Shown here: piece after piece, positions 23,375-36,734 of the stretch | How the letters are laid out: each line of letters begins with the position of its first letter | Position numbering within the stretch: position 1 is the first letter of the stretch | Assembly (NCBI GenBank): GCA_003990765.1 | Contig: RBNJ01000069.1 | Location: 1 to 44,293 of the forward strand | Origin: Jimgerdemannia flammicorona | Taxonomy: Eukaryota | Reading direction: 5' to 3' | Length of the DNA stretch: 44,293 bases | The notes under the pieces: generated by a model | Seen by the model: the letters and a program-made list of their open reading frames with translations, nothing else | Database searches by the model: none | Told to the model about the DNA's origin: nothing | Position numbers and translations under genes: made by a program

Positions 23375-25400
23375 TGTAAGCGCACAACCTCCAAGTCACT
23401 GAAATCACATGCAACCTCCGAACAAATCTGGAAATCACCTGCTTGATCATGAAGCTGAGTCAAACTGAAGTCACAGTGCACAAAGCTGAGTCAATATGAA
23501 GTCATAGAACACAAGATCCATACAAATGGAATCTTACCAATCAGGACCAAATGTATATATACCAAGTACCAAGATGCATCGGAACAGAGAACCAAAACAA
23601 AACAACAACCACAACTTCCAAATATACAAACATGACCACCAAGATCTATACCCACATCCGCACTGACATTTGGAATGCCATTGTCAACCGGGCCATGCCC
23701 CCTCTGCCCCTCATGAATATCCATAGCCTGGCACCCCTCTACTTCGTGGAAGCCCAGTGGAATGCTCTGAACATGCTTAGTAAGGCCCACCGAATCAGAC
23801 AAATCTTAAGCTACTACCAGATCGGCCGCCTCCTGGAAGACATGGTCGAACACCACCATGATATAGACATTACCGAGATGTCTCAACACCAGAAGCTCAT
23901 CACCCGCAAACCTCAAGAACTCTTCTATGAGTACAGTACCATTATTCCCTGCCTCTGAGTTACCACCAGTGAAATGGTTGCTACCCTGTCCTATGGCCAA
24001 ATCGATGACATGATACAAGAACTCAACCACAAGTATCTCAAGTATGTCGAAACCACAGACAGAACCTTCCCACACCCCAATGATCATATCCTACAAATGC
24101 CCCAAGTTGGATACACCATGAAGGACATCTACGATATAATCCACTTTGATGAAGACGAAGCAGAAGACAATAATCCCTCTGATACTGATATGACCTCAAG
24201 CCAAGGATCCCTACCAACCCTGATCATACCACCAACTCTGCCAATGAACCTACAACAGTTCATAACCACCTACGAGACTTATTAGGACAATGACCACTGG
24301 CATGAATACCAACCCACATTCATCCCCGATTACTTCAACTATAATGAAGAGACTGGAGAACATAACCTGTACCTTCAGATAACCCTTGAGATCGAACCAA
24401 CCACTCCACCACCCAAGTATGAGTGACATGAACCACAGCCACCAGCTTACTACAACCCTGTGACTCATGGTGCTGTAACTTATAGAAGGTATGCAGACAG
24501 CAAATCTGATGAAAGTGAAAACAATGTACCCCTCCTTTGCCTGCCAATACCTTATCCAGCATACGAGATAGATGATGCCATCCTGTGGGATGGAGATGAA
24601 GTTCCAATGTATTATTACCTCAGTGAACAAGGAGAAGTAATCCGTGAACCACTCTTCCTAGATGACTACTTCATCAGAGATGATGCAATCGATGATGATA
24701 TTATTGAAGACTACCCAGACAGTGCCTAAACTCATAAATAGCCGAGCAGTCATAGTATAGTTAGATTAGCCTTATATGATGTGACTGTGAACTAACTCAG
24801 CAGTCAGATGATCTCTTGACATGTCAGATCACACTTGTACTACGTGACTGCATTCCAACTCAGCAAGGCACTTAGTGCTACATCCATATTTAGCATAGTC
24901 CAGATAGCCCCTCACTAGTATAAATATCCCCTCTCCCAGATCTCAGAATCTCAGACTCAAATACACAACATTCCTGAATACTTCCTCACAATACCTCTTT
25001 ACACAACCACTCCTAGTATAGCAATATCATGAATAGCAAATAAACCTATTCCATAACCCACAAACCACTCTTAAGTAAATCCGCTCTCTATTAGGTCCTA
25101 CTCCTAACTCCTTCACGAAATTCTAATTGGGTATTGTCTGCAGTGATATGCCAATTCAACTAAGCTGGTCTTAGTTTCTTGAACTTTCTGAAATATGGAA
25201 AATCCTGAACATCCAGAACTAGTCCAAAAAAGGACTTTGGTTGAGACGTCAACTCAATCTTAAAATCAATAAGTGTAGAGGACATACTCCATACAAAATT
25301 GATCTTGACTATAAGAAAACGGTCTTCCAGAATATCCAGAACTTTGAGAAAACCCTTTCAGAACTACGTAACGGTTACCCTAAAAAGCAACCCTCTTACA
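23375..25400 (+). repeat. Gypsy-1 3' LTR (2026 bp)
   Basis: Direct repeat of 15116-17146, followed by TSD AATAT. Confidence 0.97.
23632..24729 (+). pseudogene. LTR(U3)-encoded ORF of Gypsy-1 (3' LTR copy)
   Basis: ORF-track pieces 23551-23958, 23974-24285 and 24460-24729 are in one frame; 1098 nt, as in the 5' copy. Confidence 0.85.
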
Positions 25401-25405
25401 AATAT

Positions 25406-28400
25406 AATATTATAGAAATTAGAATAATATTATTTCTATAGCAGAAGCTTCTTTATATTATATTTTTAGTTTCTAATATTAATTGTAGTTTTAGTGAGTT
25501 TACTGCTTTAACTTTTATACTTCTCTCTAATCTTATTCTTTGTTTATCTCTTTATTTAATAATATGTTACTCATTTTATTACTATCTTTGCTAGAATAAC
25601 CTTGATCTCTATCTTAATAATATTGAGAATATCTTTTTTATTAATGTATAGACTCTTGATCTATAGTTTTAATTTGATCAATCTATAATTATAGAGCTAA
25701 CTAAAGCTATTCTCTTATAAAGACCTATAGAGCTAGCTCCTTATATATTCAGATTTTTTAGATGATAGTAGATGAGAAGGATACTCTCTGCTATTTGTCA
25801 AAACCCTTATTCTTCTTCTTTTAGCTATATATGGTTTGAGAGTCACTATTTATCTCTAGAATATTACTATTATTACTCTAATTCTGAAGAAGGAGAAGAT
25901 CAGAACTGTTGATGGTTTTTACCCTAATATTTATACTGAAATATTTTATCAACTTTTCAAGTACTATTTAGAAAGATATATCAAAAGCTAAAGCAGTCTG
26001 ACAAAAATATCATACTGTTAAGGGGTTTCTGAAGTTACTTTTTACTTCATTCTTATATTTTGCTCTTATATAAAATATAGTCAAAAGGTATGGCTACTAT
26101 GTCTTTTTAGATCTCTAGTAGATATATAATCAAATCTCTCTCAGGCTTATCCTTTGATATCTTGAGAAATAAGATATTAATATAATTCTTCTTAGTATTA
26201 TCAATTACTATACTTTTAAATAGTTGTTAATAGTCTTATCTCCCTCAAGTATAGCCTATTTTTGGGGCTCTCTTCTTTTCTCTTAGCTGTTCAATATCTC
26301 TATTGACCCTCTTACTAATTTTTTTAAGAAATATAACTTTCTCTTAGACTTTTCTTTGCTAATATATCACTTTTGCTCTTAAAAGTAAAAAGTAGTAGAC
26401 TTCTATAAGAATTGACTTCATATCAACCAATATAAAGCTCAATTTTAAGAAATACAATTATATTAATTCTACTAACTATACTATACTCATTAGAGACAAG
26501 AATTAGAAGATTATCTTATTAATCTTATATTGCAAGATATGATAAAGAAGGATTAGACTTTTTACTTCTATTATAATTATATCTATAGTCTCTTCTAGTT
26601 ATTATTAGTCAAGCTAGCTATTATATAAATATTCATCAGATCTCTCTTTTCTTCAGACTTCTTGTCTAACTATTATTATAGAACTTCAGATGTTAAAGTA
26701 TTCTAAAGTAGTCTTTGATGAGGCTATGGCTTTTGATATTAAGTTCTTGACAGATTCTTAATTAATAGTTTGATTCTCAGTCTTTTTTTTTTTCTTATTA
26801 CACATTAGACCTCTGCTATATATTCTAAGTTATCTGGACCAGTATGATAGTCTGGTAATAATCCTAATAGTTTCCTTAGTAAATATGACATCATATTCCC
26901 CTAAGTTCTATTATTAATAAAGTTCTGTTATTAGACATCCTAACTTAATTTTCTCAACTAATCTAGAATCTCTATCTTCATATATATAAGATATATTTGC
27001 TCTACTTCTTTCTTTAGATATTTCTTCAGAATTAACTATTATAGAAATAAGCTTTCTTTTCCTTATAGCTACTTATAGTTATAGAGGATCAACTATGACC
27101 TCTTCTTTTCTCTCTAGCTAGTATACTCTATACTTACCTAGTACAATAGATATTTTGGCCAACCCTATCTCTGCCCTTATAGTAATTAGTTCAATTGTAG
27201 CTATCTTTAAAATATAATCTTCTCAATGATTTATATTCTATATTCTGAGATAATTCTGGATGTAAATAATTAGACTAGTTTACTATAAATAAAACTTTAT
27301 ATTTACTTTCTTTATACTCTTTATAAGATAGCCTACTATATTATTGATATTATATATAATTTTAATAACTATCTCACAATTAAGTTCTGTCTGGCCAAAA
27401 TTATAAAGATATTTAAATAATTGAGTAATTATATATATTATAGATTTTTTTTTTTCTTTTCATTTATTTTGATTAGTTTCATTTATATTGAGTGTATATT
27501 AAATTATTTGATTTATATTAGTTATTTAGGTTTATTTAATAATATGTTCTCTAATAGTTAATACTAGATATATTATTATTTACTTTACTGGTCTTCTTTT
27601 GTTTAGTAGTCAAACCTACTCTAGGATATTTATAACTACTTTTCTTTTATCATCATTAGTAGTTATAGTATTTTTTATACTAATATATCTTATCTTTTCT
27701 ATAATGAATAACTATAACTTGAAGTCTAATTCTATCTTTACTCTACCTCTACCCTACCTTTACTCCTACTTCTTTATTCTATATTTAATCTTATCTAGAA
27801 AAATAGTATTACTAATATCTTATTATATATGACCTCTCTGGTATCTATTATCTTACTCCTAATATCCAAATATACTTAATACTGAATTATATGTATAATC
27901 TTCATACTTATCATTATTTTTTCTCTATAATTCAGTCTTATAAATTGAATAAACTGAGTATATTCTAATTCTGTAGTCTCTATAGTATGATCAACTTCTT
28001 CAGAACTCTCTTATCTATATATATCAAAACTAGTACTAATGTGTTAGACCAATTATCTAGTGTCTAAAAGACTTTAGCTTTTATTATCAAATAATATTTC
28101 TCTGCTGTCTGCTCTTATTATATTAATGCTAGCTTTAATGATCTCTTTACTAGTCTATAATAACTTATCTATATCCTGTATAATATTAAGAAGTAGCTAG
28201 ATATTTAGTTAGTTTGATCCTATCTTCTCATTAATCTTAATACTCTTTAATGTCTTATTAGCCTTTTCTATTTAACTAACCCATATTATTTCAATCAGAA
28301 TTTACAATATTATTAATATATATTAGCTTTTTTAGCCAGTGTATTTATATAAAATAGTTTCTTCTATATCTCTTCTTAGGTTTTATATAATATAATGATT

Positions 28401-29250
28401 ATTTATCTCAATATCATTAACTCTACTCACATTATTCTCACTATTTCTATTTTGAAAACAGATCTCTTATATTATAATATAGTCTTATTAATTGTAAAAT
28501 TAACCTTAGTACTTTCTATATAATCTCTCTCTTATGTCTTCTTTTTCTTATCTATCTGGCTTTAGTCAGTATATTTCTTTTTATTCTTATAGCTAACTGT
28601 CTAATATCTCATCATTATCTTATTAACTATCTATAGTCATCATTATCTTATATAAGATCAAACTTATATCTCTATATTAGACTGCTACTAATATATCTAT
28701 TATGAAAGAGGTGATTTTATTAAAGTTGCATAAGTTATATATTTCTCTATATTACTGATAAATGGTATCAAATTGATAGAATAGTATAAGATCATATACT
28801 GACTTATTAAGTTGCTCTTCTAATACTTCTACTCAAAAAAAAAAAGAATACAAACTAGAATAGAAGTAAACTAGAGTAAATTAAGCATGACCAATAGGGT
28901 TCTATCTAGATAACTATAGAGAGTCAAAATTTCCTACTTATAAGCATAAAAATGAATAAAAAATATAGTAAAAGATTGGTAATATTGGAAAATTCATAGG
29001 TTGAAAAATGTTCTGAAATATATAAAATATCTCAAATATCTACTCATTAGTAAGAGATATGTATAATCAATATAAAAGTAAGATACCTAAACAGTATAAG
29101 AGGCTTTTAATAGCTTGAAAATTATTCTATAGTTAACTGAATACTATATTTAGTATATTGCTCAAATTTTGACTTTAAAAGGGCTTTAGTCAATGAGTCT
29201 GCAATAATATATACTATGGGAGTATATTTTAGATATATTATACCAGTTTC
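25406..29250. other. Very AT/TpA-rich eroded relic, probably an ancient transposable element; identity unresolved
   Basis: Almost no CpG, dense TA dinucleotides, no credible ORFs; contiguous with 14500-15115 once Gypsy-1 is removed. Confidence 0.4.
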
Positions 29251-29376
29251 TATATATTGTAACAGTGACTCCAGAAAGATGACATTAGTACATGAGACTG
29301 TCTTTCCCTACAAAGCCACCAGATTGGAGCACAAGAAGATTATATGGCATATGAGATGAGCAATGATGACCAACTG

Positions 29377-29421
29377 TGAGTCATTGTAACCACAGTATGG
29401 GTATCTTGAGGAATATAAAAG
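29377..29421 (+). promoter_or_regulatory. Candidate promoter of the Gypsy-2 U3 ORF
   Basis: TGAGTCA at 29377; TATAAAAG at 29414-29421 (also 42572-42579), 86 bp before ATG 29500. Confidence 0.5.
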
Positions 29422-29782
29422 AAGGATTAAAGAACTATAGTAACAGCAACCAATAAGACCTACTAATTCCAAAATAGCTCAAAACTCACTATAAATAAAA
29501 TGTCTACTGCCTGCCAAACCTCAAGGTCAAGGAACTACCAAGGCATCTCAGTTAAAGAAAGGATGTTCCAAGACATCAGAAGAGCCATGAGGACCCACTT
29601 AAGAAGGACTCCTAGTATCAACCTGAGTACTGCAGATCTCTACCATTATATCCTCTATCACTATGAAATAGAAATAAGGATTACTATTACTACCAAATGC
29701 CTCCAAATGTGGCTGGAGTATGAAATAGGAAACCTCCTCTGCTGGGAGTTCCTACAGGCCAGCACTCAAAAGCTATAAGAAG

Positions 29783-29854
<72 letters not shown>

Positions 29855-29929
29855 GTCACTAGGACTTCCTTCCTTTATTATACCCATCTATCCCATATAA
29901 AATTACAGTGAACCCACCCTCTATCCAAT

Positions 29930-32900
29930 CCCCATAGTTGGGTCCTCCCACTCTATCTCTACTCATCGAAATACCACTTTATCTATTACTATCTCTATCC
30001 TCCCACTACTCTGTTCATAAATCCTTTCCACCAGACAGTGATGTTGCCTCCCCTGAGGACCCCAACCCACCCACCATCCAGTCAGCAGATCCCCCAGCAT
30101 CTCCTCCCATTGTAATATCTTCTCCCATAGCCTAATCTGCTACTCCTTCTTGAATACAAAAAGCCAATGACCAGTAAGTCCCACCAACACCGCTAATATC
30201 CACCCTATAGTGAGCCAACTATCACTTACACCACCCACTAGCCAAGATCTCAAATCCTCCTAATGGCCTCCTGCACCTGCTGACCTTCTCTCCACACTCA
30301 GTCTATTTCCTACTTCTGCCCAAAAGTCCTCCAAAATCTCACACTCTCCCAGACAATATTCTGGCATCTGTACAAATCCCCCAGCTTGCCCCACATTGTA
30401 ACACTTCTCACAATCAAAACAGCCACCCTCCACCAGATGTCCAGTGTGGAAGTTCAGCATAACATTTTGCCACAGCATCCTCCACCATACCACCCGGAAC
30501 TTGGGAGGAAGCCACCCCTACACCTCAACACTCTATAACCAGACACCTGCCCAGTCCTACTCCTCACCAATCCCTGCCACCTGCCAGCCACTTGGCCAAA
30601 GATTCTGGCCAAGACCCTGCTGACACTCCACTCTATCCTCAATATCAAACTCAGTAAGTAAAGTACCCCACAGGAGCAGTCTATCCCATCACCATATATC
30701 TAGACCCCACATAACCTCTCCCTCATTACCTTATCAGTATAGGCCAATTTGGTATACTCTATCTACCACCCCCCACCAAAAGCCCTTAAACTGCAATCAT
30801 TGAATTCCATTCAGTCCCACCAAAGAGAGCAGATCTCCCAAGGTCTCTCAAGTAGAGGTTCTCATCTCTCACACCTTCTGTAGTAGTAGCACCCAATCCC
30901 CTCTCTGTAGTCCAGCAGCTCTCTTCAACCACCAGGCTTGTGGGCAGTATAACCTTTTAGGGAAATACACAAGGCCAAGACCTCCCCTAACCACTGGTAT
31001 TGTAAGAGTATTCCAACTGATCTGGGACCTCCTCCCTGCACAAATCCAATCTCTAGCCACGTTCGTCAGCCTCTTCACCACTCAAGCTGAGAAGTCTAGG
31101 TGATAGGCTATATCCCGCAGCTTGGGGAACCAGTAGACATTCAGAATCAACATCTGTCCTGCCAGAGAGATATGGCAGCCCCCCCAACTTCTAAGGATCT
31201 CTCCCAAAATGGTCACCCTGCTCTCCCACCATACTCATGACAAGACAGATCTATATACAGAAAGGAAGATGCCCAGATACTACACCATCTCACCAGTAGG
31301 GACAATTGTTCCAATGATGTCCCCACCTACTAGCTCATTTTCTAGTACTATTGTCTCACACTTATGCCAGTTGAGCTTCACCCAAGAGTGTGCCTCATAC
31401 CATTCCTCTGTCTTCTTAAGTACCTCAACATCTACTACTGACCCAAGTCCAACCACCATATCATCAGCAAAGACCCCCACCTTCCACACTATGCTATATA
31501 TAGAGAGCCCTATCATTCTAGTGAATCCTATCTATCAATAGTTCTAATGAAAGAGCATAGTGAATAGGAGACTGAGGGTCCCCCTGAGGAAATCCTCTTC
31601 TCAAGGGGAATGCCAGCCCTTAGTGATCATTACACACCAGTGGCCTGACTGCTCTTGAACAGATTCAATATAGAAGTCTGAAATCATAGCAGAACACCAA
31701 CTTGATTCAACATCTTGCTCAGCCAAACCTGCCATACCTGGTCATAGGTCTTCTCCTGGTCCAAAATAACCAACCTTCCATTTAGTCCACAAGCCTGGAC
31801 CCCTTCAATGATACTATATACCTATGCAGTTCCATCTCTTATAAGTCTGCCTCTAACAAAGCCCTGCTGCTCCTCCCCCAGCACCTATTGGACAACTTTC
31901 TGCAGCCTCACCACAATCACCTTAGTCACCATCTTCCTGTCCTTATTCAGAAGCATGTTTGGTCTCCAATTCTTCCAGTCTTTCCTCCTCCCCTTGTCTT
32001 TGTACAATAAGGCCACCAGCCCAAGGTCCTGCCCTCCAACCCACTCACCATTCAGAAGAACATGGTCACAAAGAGCAGCCATTTCATCCAAAACTCCAGG
32101 GATCTTCACCATCTTCTTCCAGAAGTCCCATGGTAACCCATCCTCCCCTGGTGCCATCCAAAGCTTAGTTGCTGCAAGGATACTCTGAATCTCCTCCCCT
32201 TGAACTAGTAAGGTCAAGTCACCCAGTCCCACTACTTGTGGCAGCTCTCACTCCTCTAGTGAATCTTCAATTGCTGCCTCATCAGCACCCCCTTCTTCCT
32301 CACTCTACAGACTCTGCCATCTCTCCTTCAAGACTACTAAGATTTATTGTATGCCATACACTATATCTCCCTCTGTATCTAAGACCCCTCTCACCAATGC
32401 CACACCCTCCTAGCTTTGAGAAGTCTTGACAAGTACCTAGTAGGCTGCTCACCCTCCTCAAGCCCCTGCCACTACAGCCTGGCAGCTATTCCTCACATAT
32501 GAGTCTTCTCCTCATCTCTTAACACCTGTTGCAGTTCTACTACTTCTAATTTCACCCTCTCTAACCTCCAATCCTCCACCCCATCAGAAGTAAGCAAATC
32601 TGCCCAATCCATCTGCAGTCTCCTCAGCCTATTGGAAGCATACCTTGTGCACTTCCTCCTCTGTCTCCCATCTTCTCTACCAGCTCCTCCCCAATAGGCC
32701 CTCACAGCCTCTTTCAATCTCATCCAATGAACACCCACAGACAAACCCTCTTGCCTCCAGATAGGAACCTTCACCTGAATGTCCTCCACCCATGAGTCCC
32801 ACAACTCCTTCTCAGCCAGCAGAGAGGAGTTAAGGCACCAATGTCCAGGTCTATCTCCACTCTCCCCAAACTGCCACTGTCCTAATTATCCCTAGTGATT

Positions 32901-33577
32901 ATATCACAGGCACTACTCTATCTCAAATGTCTTTCAAACATCTACACCCCAACACTCAGCTGTCAGAATCCAGTCAATTCTTGTATCCAAGCCATTCCCC
33001 CAATGTGTGTAGACCCTAGTGTTGCCCTGCTGTATTCTGCCCATATCCCCTAAGGAGCTCAGATTCTCTACCTCCTCCTATGTATCCAGAACACCACTTC
33101 TCCTTTCTGTATTTCTCCCTCTATCAGATCTATCTAGATGCTGATCAAATCATATTAAAGTCTCCTGTAAGTACATCAACCCCTTCCTCCAAGAGAATAT
33201 CCTCCTCCAGCAGCTCCTTAATTCATACAGTCCTCTTGCCCCTAACTGCTGGGCAGTAGCAAGAGCCAACCCTCACCAACTTCCACCCTAGTTGATGCCA
33301 ATCTTCCCACACCAAGCAATCACCCCAGCTCCTTATTCCCCCCAAGTCTCCTCTAACCTTCCTCACCAGAATCACTACTTTGTCAAATCAAGCAGTAGCC
33401 CCACCCCATTCCCAAGTCCACTCTACTCGATTGTCCTCATCCTCACACTATACATCCTGTAGTAAAAGAAGATCAGCCTCCAATCCCTTGAGCTACATAA
33501 GTAAAAATGTTCTTACATCACCCAGATCCCCTTAACCCATTCACATTCAAAGAGAAAATATTGGTTGTACTGTTTAT
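29930..33577 (-). pseudogene. LINE-C ORF2: APE endonuclease, RT and C-terminal Cys/His region
   Basis: SLNVNG, APGEDGLPWDFW, KNWRP, FADD, CEKCYN..PEY..GEC; end approximate. Confidence 0.9.
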
Positions 33578-33608
33578 AAGAAATATTGTTATATATTGAT
33601 CCCATCCT

Positions 33609-35552
33609 CTATAAGTCTACATTCAACTCCTCCTGTGCTAAATCTAAGTCATGTTCAGCAGCAAGTTCCTTTGCTCCAGCTTCCTGTGCCTCCAACCCTC
33701 TCAGAAGTTCTACCATCACTCTATCTTCTTTCTCCTCAAAGTCCTCATGATACTCCAGACAGGTATCCTGCCAGAGCTGCAAACCATGATGCTCTGTCTA
33801 ACAGTAAACAGCCCACTCACCAGCAACAACCACCAGCTCCACCTCTCACACCTTATCAACCTCATACCCCTCCTCCTCTATGAAGATTATAAGAATCTCC
33901 ACCTTCAGCACCTCTACTACTTCATCTCTATGCAGAATCTGTACTCAATTTTCCTCAGGCATTACAAGTAGGTCCACTTCTCCCAACTCCTCAGTCATGA
34001 GGTTATCCATCACCTTGCTCATCCACAGCTAGTTCCCCACCTCCTTCTCTCTTATTGTCTCTGGCTGCCCAGCATCTAACATTATGGTATCAGCTCCTAC
34101 ACTAGCAGCCTCATCCCACTCCTCCTCTGGGACATCCTCGCCAACTGCCACTACTTGGCCCCCTTTTGCCACATCAGGGACCCCAAAGTGTACTTGCTAG
34201 GCCCCCTGCATCAGCACATCTTCCACCACTCCTTGCTTCCCCACTGGGCCCCTCCTGATAAGAGGGGGGGAGTGGGATCCAACTCCTGCTCCCAGACTTC
34301 AAACATACCATCTGTATAGGGGCCTTCCTTATTCACCTCTATCTCCCCTTCTTCTTTACTAGCCCAGACACTGACTTCAATACCCCCAGACTCTTCAGCT
34401 CTATCTACCTTCTTTACAGCCCCTTCTCTCATATTTGCCAACAGCTCTCTCTGCCTTATACATCTCTGGGTCTGCTCCCACTACACCTTATCAGTTTGAA
34501 TCTGCTTCCTATCAATAATTTCCAGATGCATCGACTCCTCATTCAATTTCCAGACCTTTGCCCTCCTCTCAATAGCACTATACAACTCCTCCAGAGTCTC
34601 TAACAAGTCCTCTTCCTCCTCATCATTCCCTCTCACCCTCAATACCTTACAGATAAATGTCCCCCACATCAATACTAAGGGCCAGTCACTTGTCTTCCCT
34701 ATGGCCTCTCTTCCCACCAGTTTAATCCTCACATCCACATCACTAGTCCTAATAGCAGTCCTCTCCCACACCTGGAAACCTATATCAACTACATCACTAT
34801 ACTCTGCCATCACCCCCTCCACCCTCCTCCTAGTCTTCTCCTTCATCACTGTAGGCACCCCCTTCACCAATAGCTGCACTACTCTGGGGTCCCACCTCAG
34901 GCAGCACATCATGGGGACCACCACCTCCCCCACTGTCACTCCAGTTTTCAGAGCCTCTTCCAGTGGGCCCACCTTCTCAAAGCCCACCTCGACCCCCTCC
35001 AGACTCTTCAGGAACTTTATCAAGGTAGCCCCAGCCACTTGCTTCAAGACAAGCCCCAAGACCATCCTCACTATTACCACCAAGCCTTGTAAGCACAGTG
35101 TCACTGCAAACTCCAAGATCGATTTCCTGAGTAACTGTGCCACCATTAGCCCCATTACACCATCAGTCAGATCTCCCTTCCACATTGAGAACCCCTGTCC
35201 CATACCTCCATCAACTGTTACATCTCTTTTTTTTTCCTGATTGCCTGTACACTTCTATCAGCAGTCCCACCCCTAGCCACAGCACCTCCAGCACCTATGC
35301 TCACATCTCCCACCTGAGTACCTCCCCCCCTCCCTAGGCTCACCTTGCCCTTTCCCACAGCAGTACCAGCCCTAGATCGCTGGGCCTCCTCCCATTGCTA
35401 CCAGACACTGGTCTCCCTTCAGAGTCCTTGCCATCCTTTGACCCTCCAAAGGCCCCCATCCCCAGACCATAACCCCTCCCAACATTCTGCCAGCCAAAAG
35501 CCTCAGGTCTATCTGACCCGGCACATTCATCAGAACTCTTGCTTGATGACAT
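33609..35552 (-). pseudogene. LINE-C ORF1
   Basis: MSSSKS start; 240-aa piece 34481-35203 is highly similar to LINE-A ORF1. Confidence 0.85.
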
Positions 35553-36228
35553 TTCTATAATACCTTTTCTCCAAGTTATGTTGAAAACTGTTGCTTGAGA
35601 TTGGTGTAATATGAATTGTACAGGAGAAAGGTCATCAAGCTACAAGATACCACTTCCATGGATACATGCAAAACAAGGACAGCTAAGAAGATCTATCAGA
35701 TCTTCAGGCATGCACTATAGTCAATCCCCAACTTGGAGTATATTAGAGTCTCAAGACCTGTCATCCCACTATATCAATGCACTAGAAGCCAGGGTGGCTA
35801 GAGAAGCCCAGTCTACTATTACTCTCAATAGTAATGAAGTAAAAGACTTCTGGCACCCCATTCTCCAGGACAACCCAGACCAATTTCTGCAAGGATTGAT
35901 CTCAGAATTCCAAGGCCCAAGCATCTAGGTTAGACCTCTCCAAGACCCCACATTTGTTTCCTATTTTGTGGAAGAGAACCTCATAGACTGGAGAGCTCCA
36001 GATCTCCTTATTCCCGATTTTCCTATCACCAAACGTAATGATGTCATTGGCAATAATATCATCCCATGGGATATATGTGAGATATGTGATGAAGTATGCA
36101 AAATATGTGAAATACATGACCTATATGATGAATTCACAGACCTCATCTCCTTCAAAGATATCCTGATCTCTGATGATGAGGATGAAGCCTCCATAGTTCT
36201 GAACATTCTGCTCTAAGTTCCTTATCAC

Positions 36229-36350
36229 ACTGAATAATGCCAGCACCAGTATTCTGAGGTAATACTGAATAATGTCAGCACTAGTATTCTGAGATAATAC
36301 TGAATAATATCAGCACTGGCATTCTGAGGTAATACTGAATTATACCAGCA
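36229..36350. repeat. 35-bp tandem repeat x3.5 with an internal dyad, in Gypsy-2 U3
   Basis: Unit actgaataatRYcagcacYRgYattctgagRtaaY at 36229, 36264, 36299, partial at 36334. Confidence 0.9.
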
Positions 36351-36478
36351 TCCTAAACCTGTACAACTATCAGTACCAACTCTGAAACTTAGCAGTTTTT
36401 CCTGTCCTGGTATATTATTTTAGTTATTGGATTTTTATATTTAGCTTTATATCTTAGTAACCATTGAATTATATTTTG

Positions 36479-36511
36479 TATAAATACTTCTCTTATTTTC
36501 TCTAAAATAAA
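36479..36511 (+). promoter_or_regulatory. Candidate LTR TATA box and poly(A) signal of Gypsy-2
   Basis: TATAAATA 36479-36486 and AATAAA 36506-36511; same in the 3' LTR at 43775 and 43802. Confidence 0.55.
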
Positions 36512-36717
36512 GTCAGTTCTAGTTCACTTATAAACACTTCCTTGCAAGCAATCTAAGAGATAACAAGACAGTTAAAGATAAGAAGTTTGAGGACTATAAA
36601 ACCTTAGGAAGGCACTCTAATAAGAACTTACTTTAACAAACTTGAGTTAGTCTAAGAGATATACCTTGAAGGGAATCTGATATATTTGAAGGACTCAGTG
36701 ACTACTATGTGACAACT

Positions 36718-36734
36718 TGGTATCCATTGGCTGG
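36718..36734 (+). other. Candidate primer-binding site of Gypsy-2 (tRNA not assigned)
   Basis: TGGTATCCATTGGCTGG 3 nt after the LTR end, with the same ACT spacer as Gypsy-1. Confidence 0.65.

Larger units (their letters stand above)
15116..25400 (+). mobile_element. Gypsy-1: complete Ty3/Gypsy chromovirus-type LTR retrotransposon with dUTPase and a U3-encoded ORF
   Basis: LTRs TGTAAG...CTTACA; perfect 5-bp TSD AATAT (15111-15115 / 25401-25405); PBS, PPT; order gag-dUT-PR-RT-RH-IN-chromodomain. Confidence 0.97.
29785..35636 (-). mobile_element. LINE-C: full-length decayed LINE, closest to LINE-A
   Basis: Poly(T) 29785-29851; TSD aagctataaga (29770-29780) / aagctacaaga (35637-35647); the empty site is visible in the 3' LTR at ~42928. 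Confidence 0.94.
29500..36216 (+). pseudogene. LTR(U3)-encoded ORF of Gypsy-2 (5' LTR copy), split by LINE-C
   Basis: MSTACQTSRS...STQKL at 29500-29778 resumes at ~35640 and ends VLNILL* at 36216; matches the 3' LTR copy. Confidence 0.8.
29258..36714 (+). repeat. Gypsy-2 5' LTR (~1.59 kb: 29258-29784 plus ~35652-36714, split by LINE-C)
   Basis: Both pieces align colinearly to 42416-44011. Confidence 0.93.

Noticed and set aside
27599-27832. Hydrophobic ORF resembling a membrane protein (also 14755-14949)
   Set aside because: Ile/Leu/Tyr/Phe bias is expected from AT-rich eroded DNA
29690-29887. Poly-Lys ORF
   Set aside because: Translation of the LINE-C poly(A) tail
7002-35651. Sequence-specific LINE target site (Tx1-like)
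   Set aside because: The three 3' flanks (gagataggct, tacaaaggct, gacttcttat) share no convincing consensus, and there are too few sites
36229-36350. 35-bp palindromic repeats as a CRISPR array
   Set aside because: Units are head-to-tail without unique spacers, lie inside eukaryotic LTRs, and no cas genes are present
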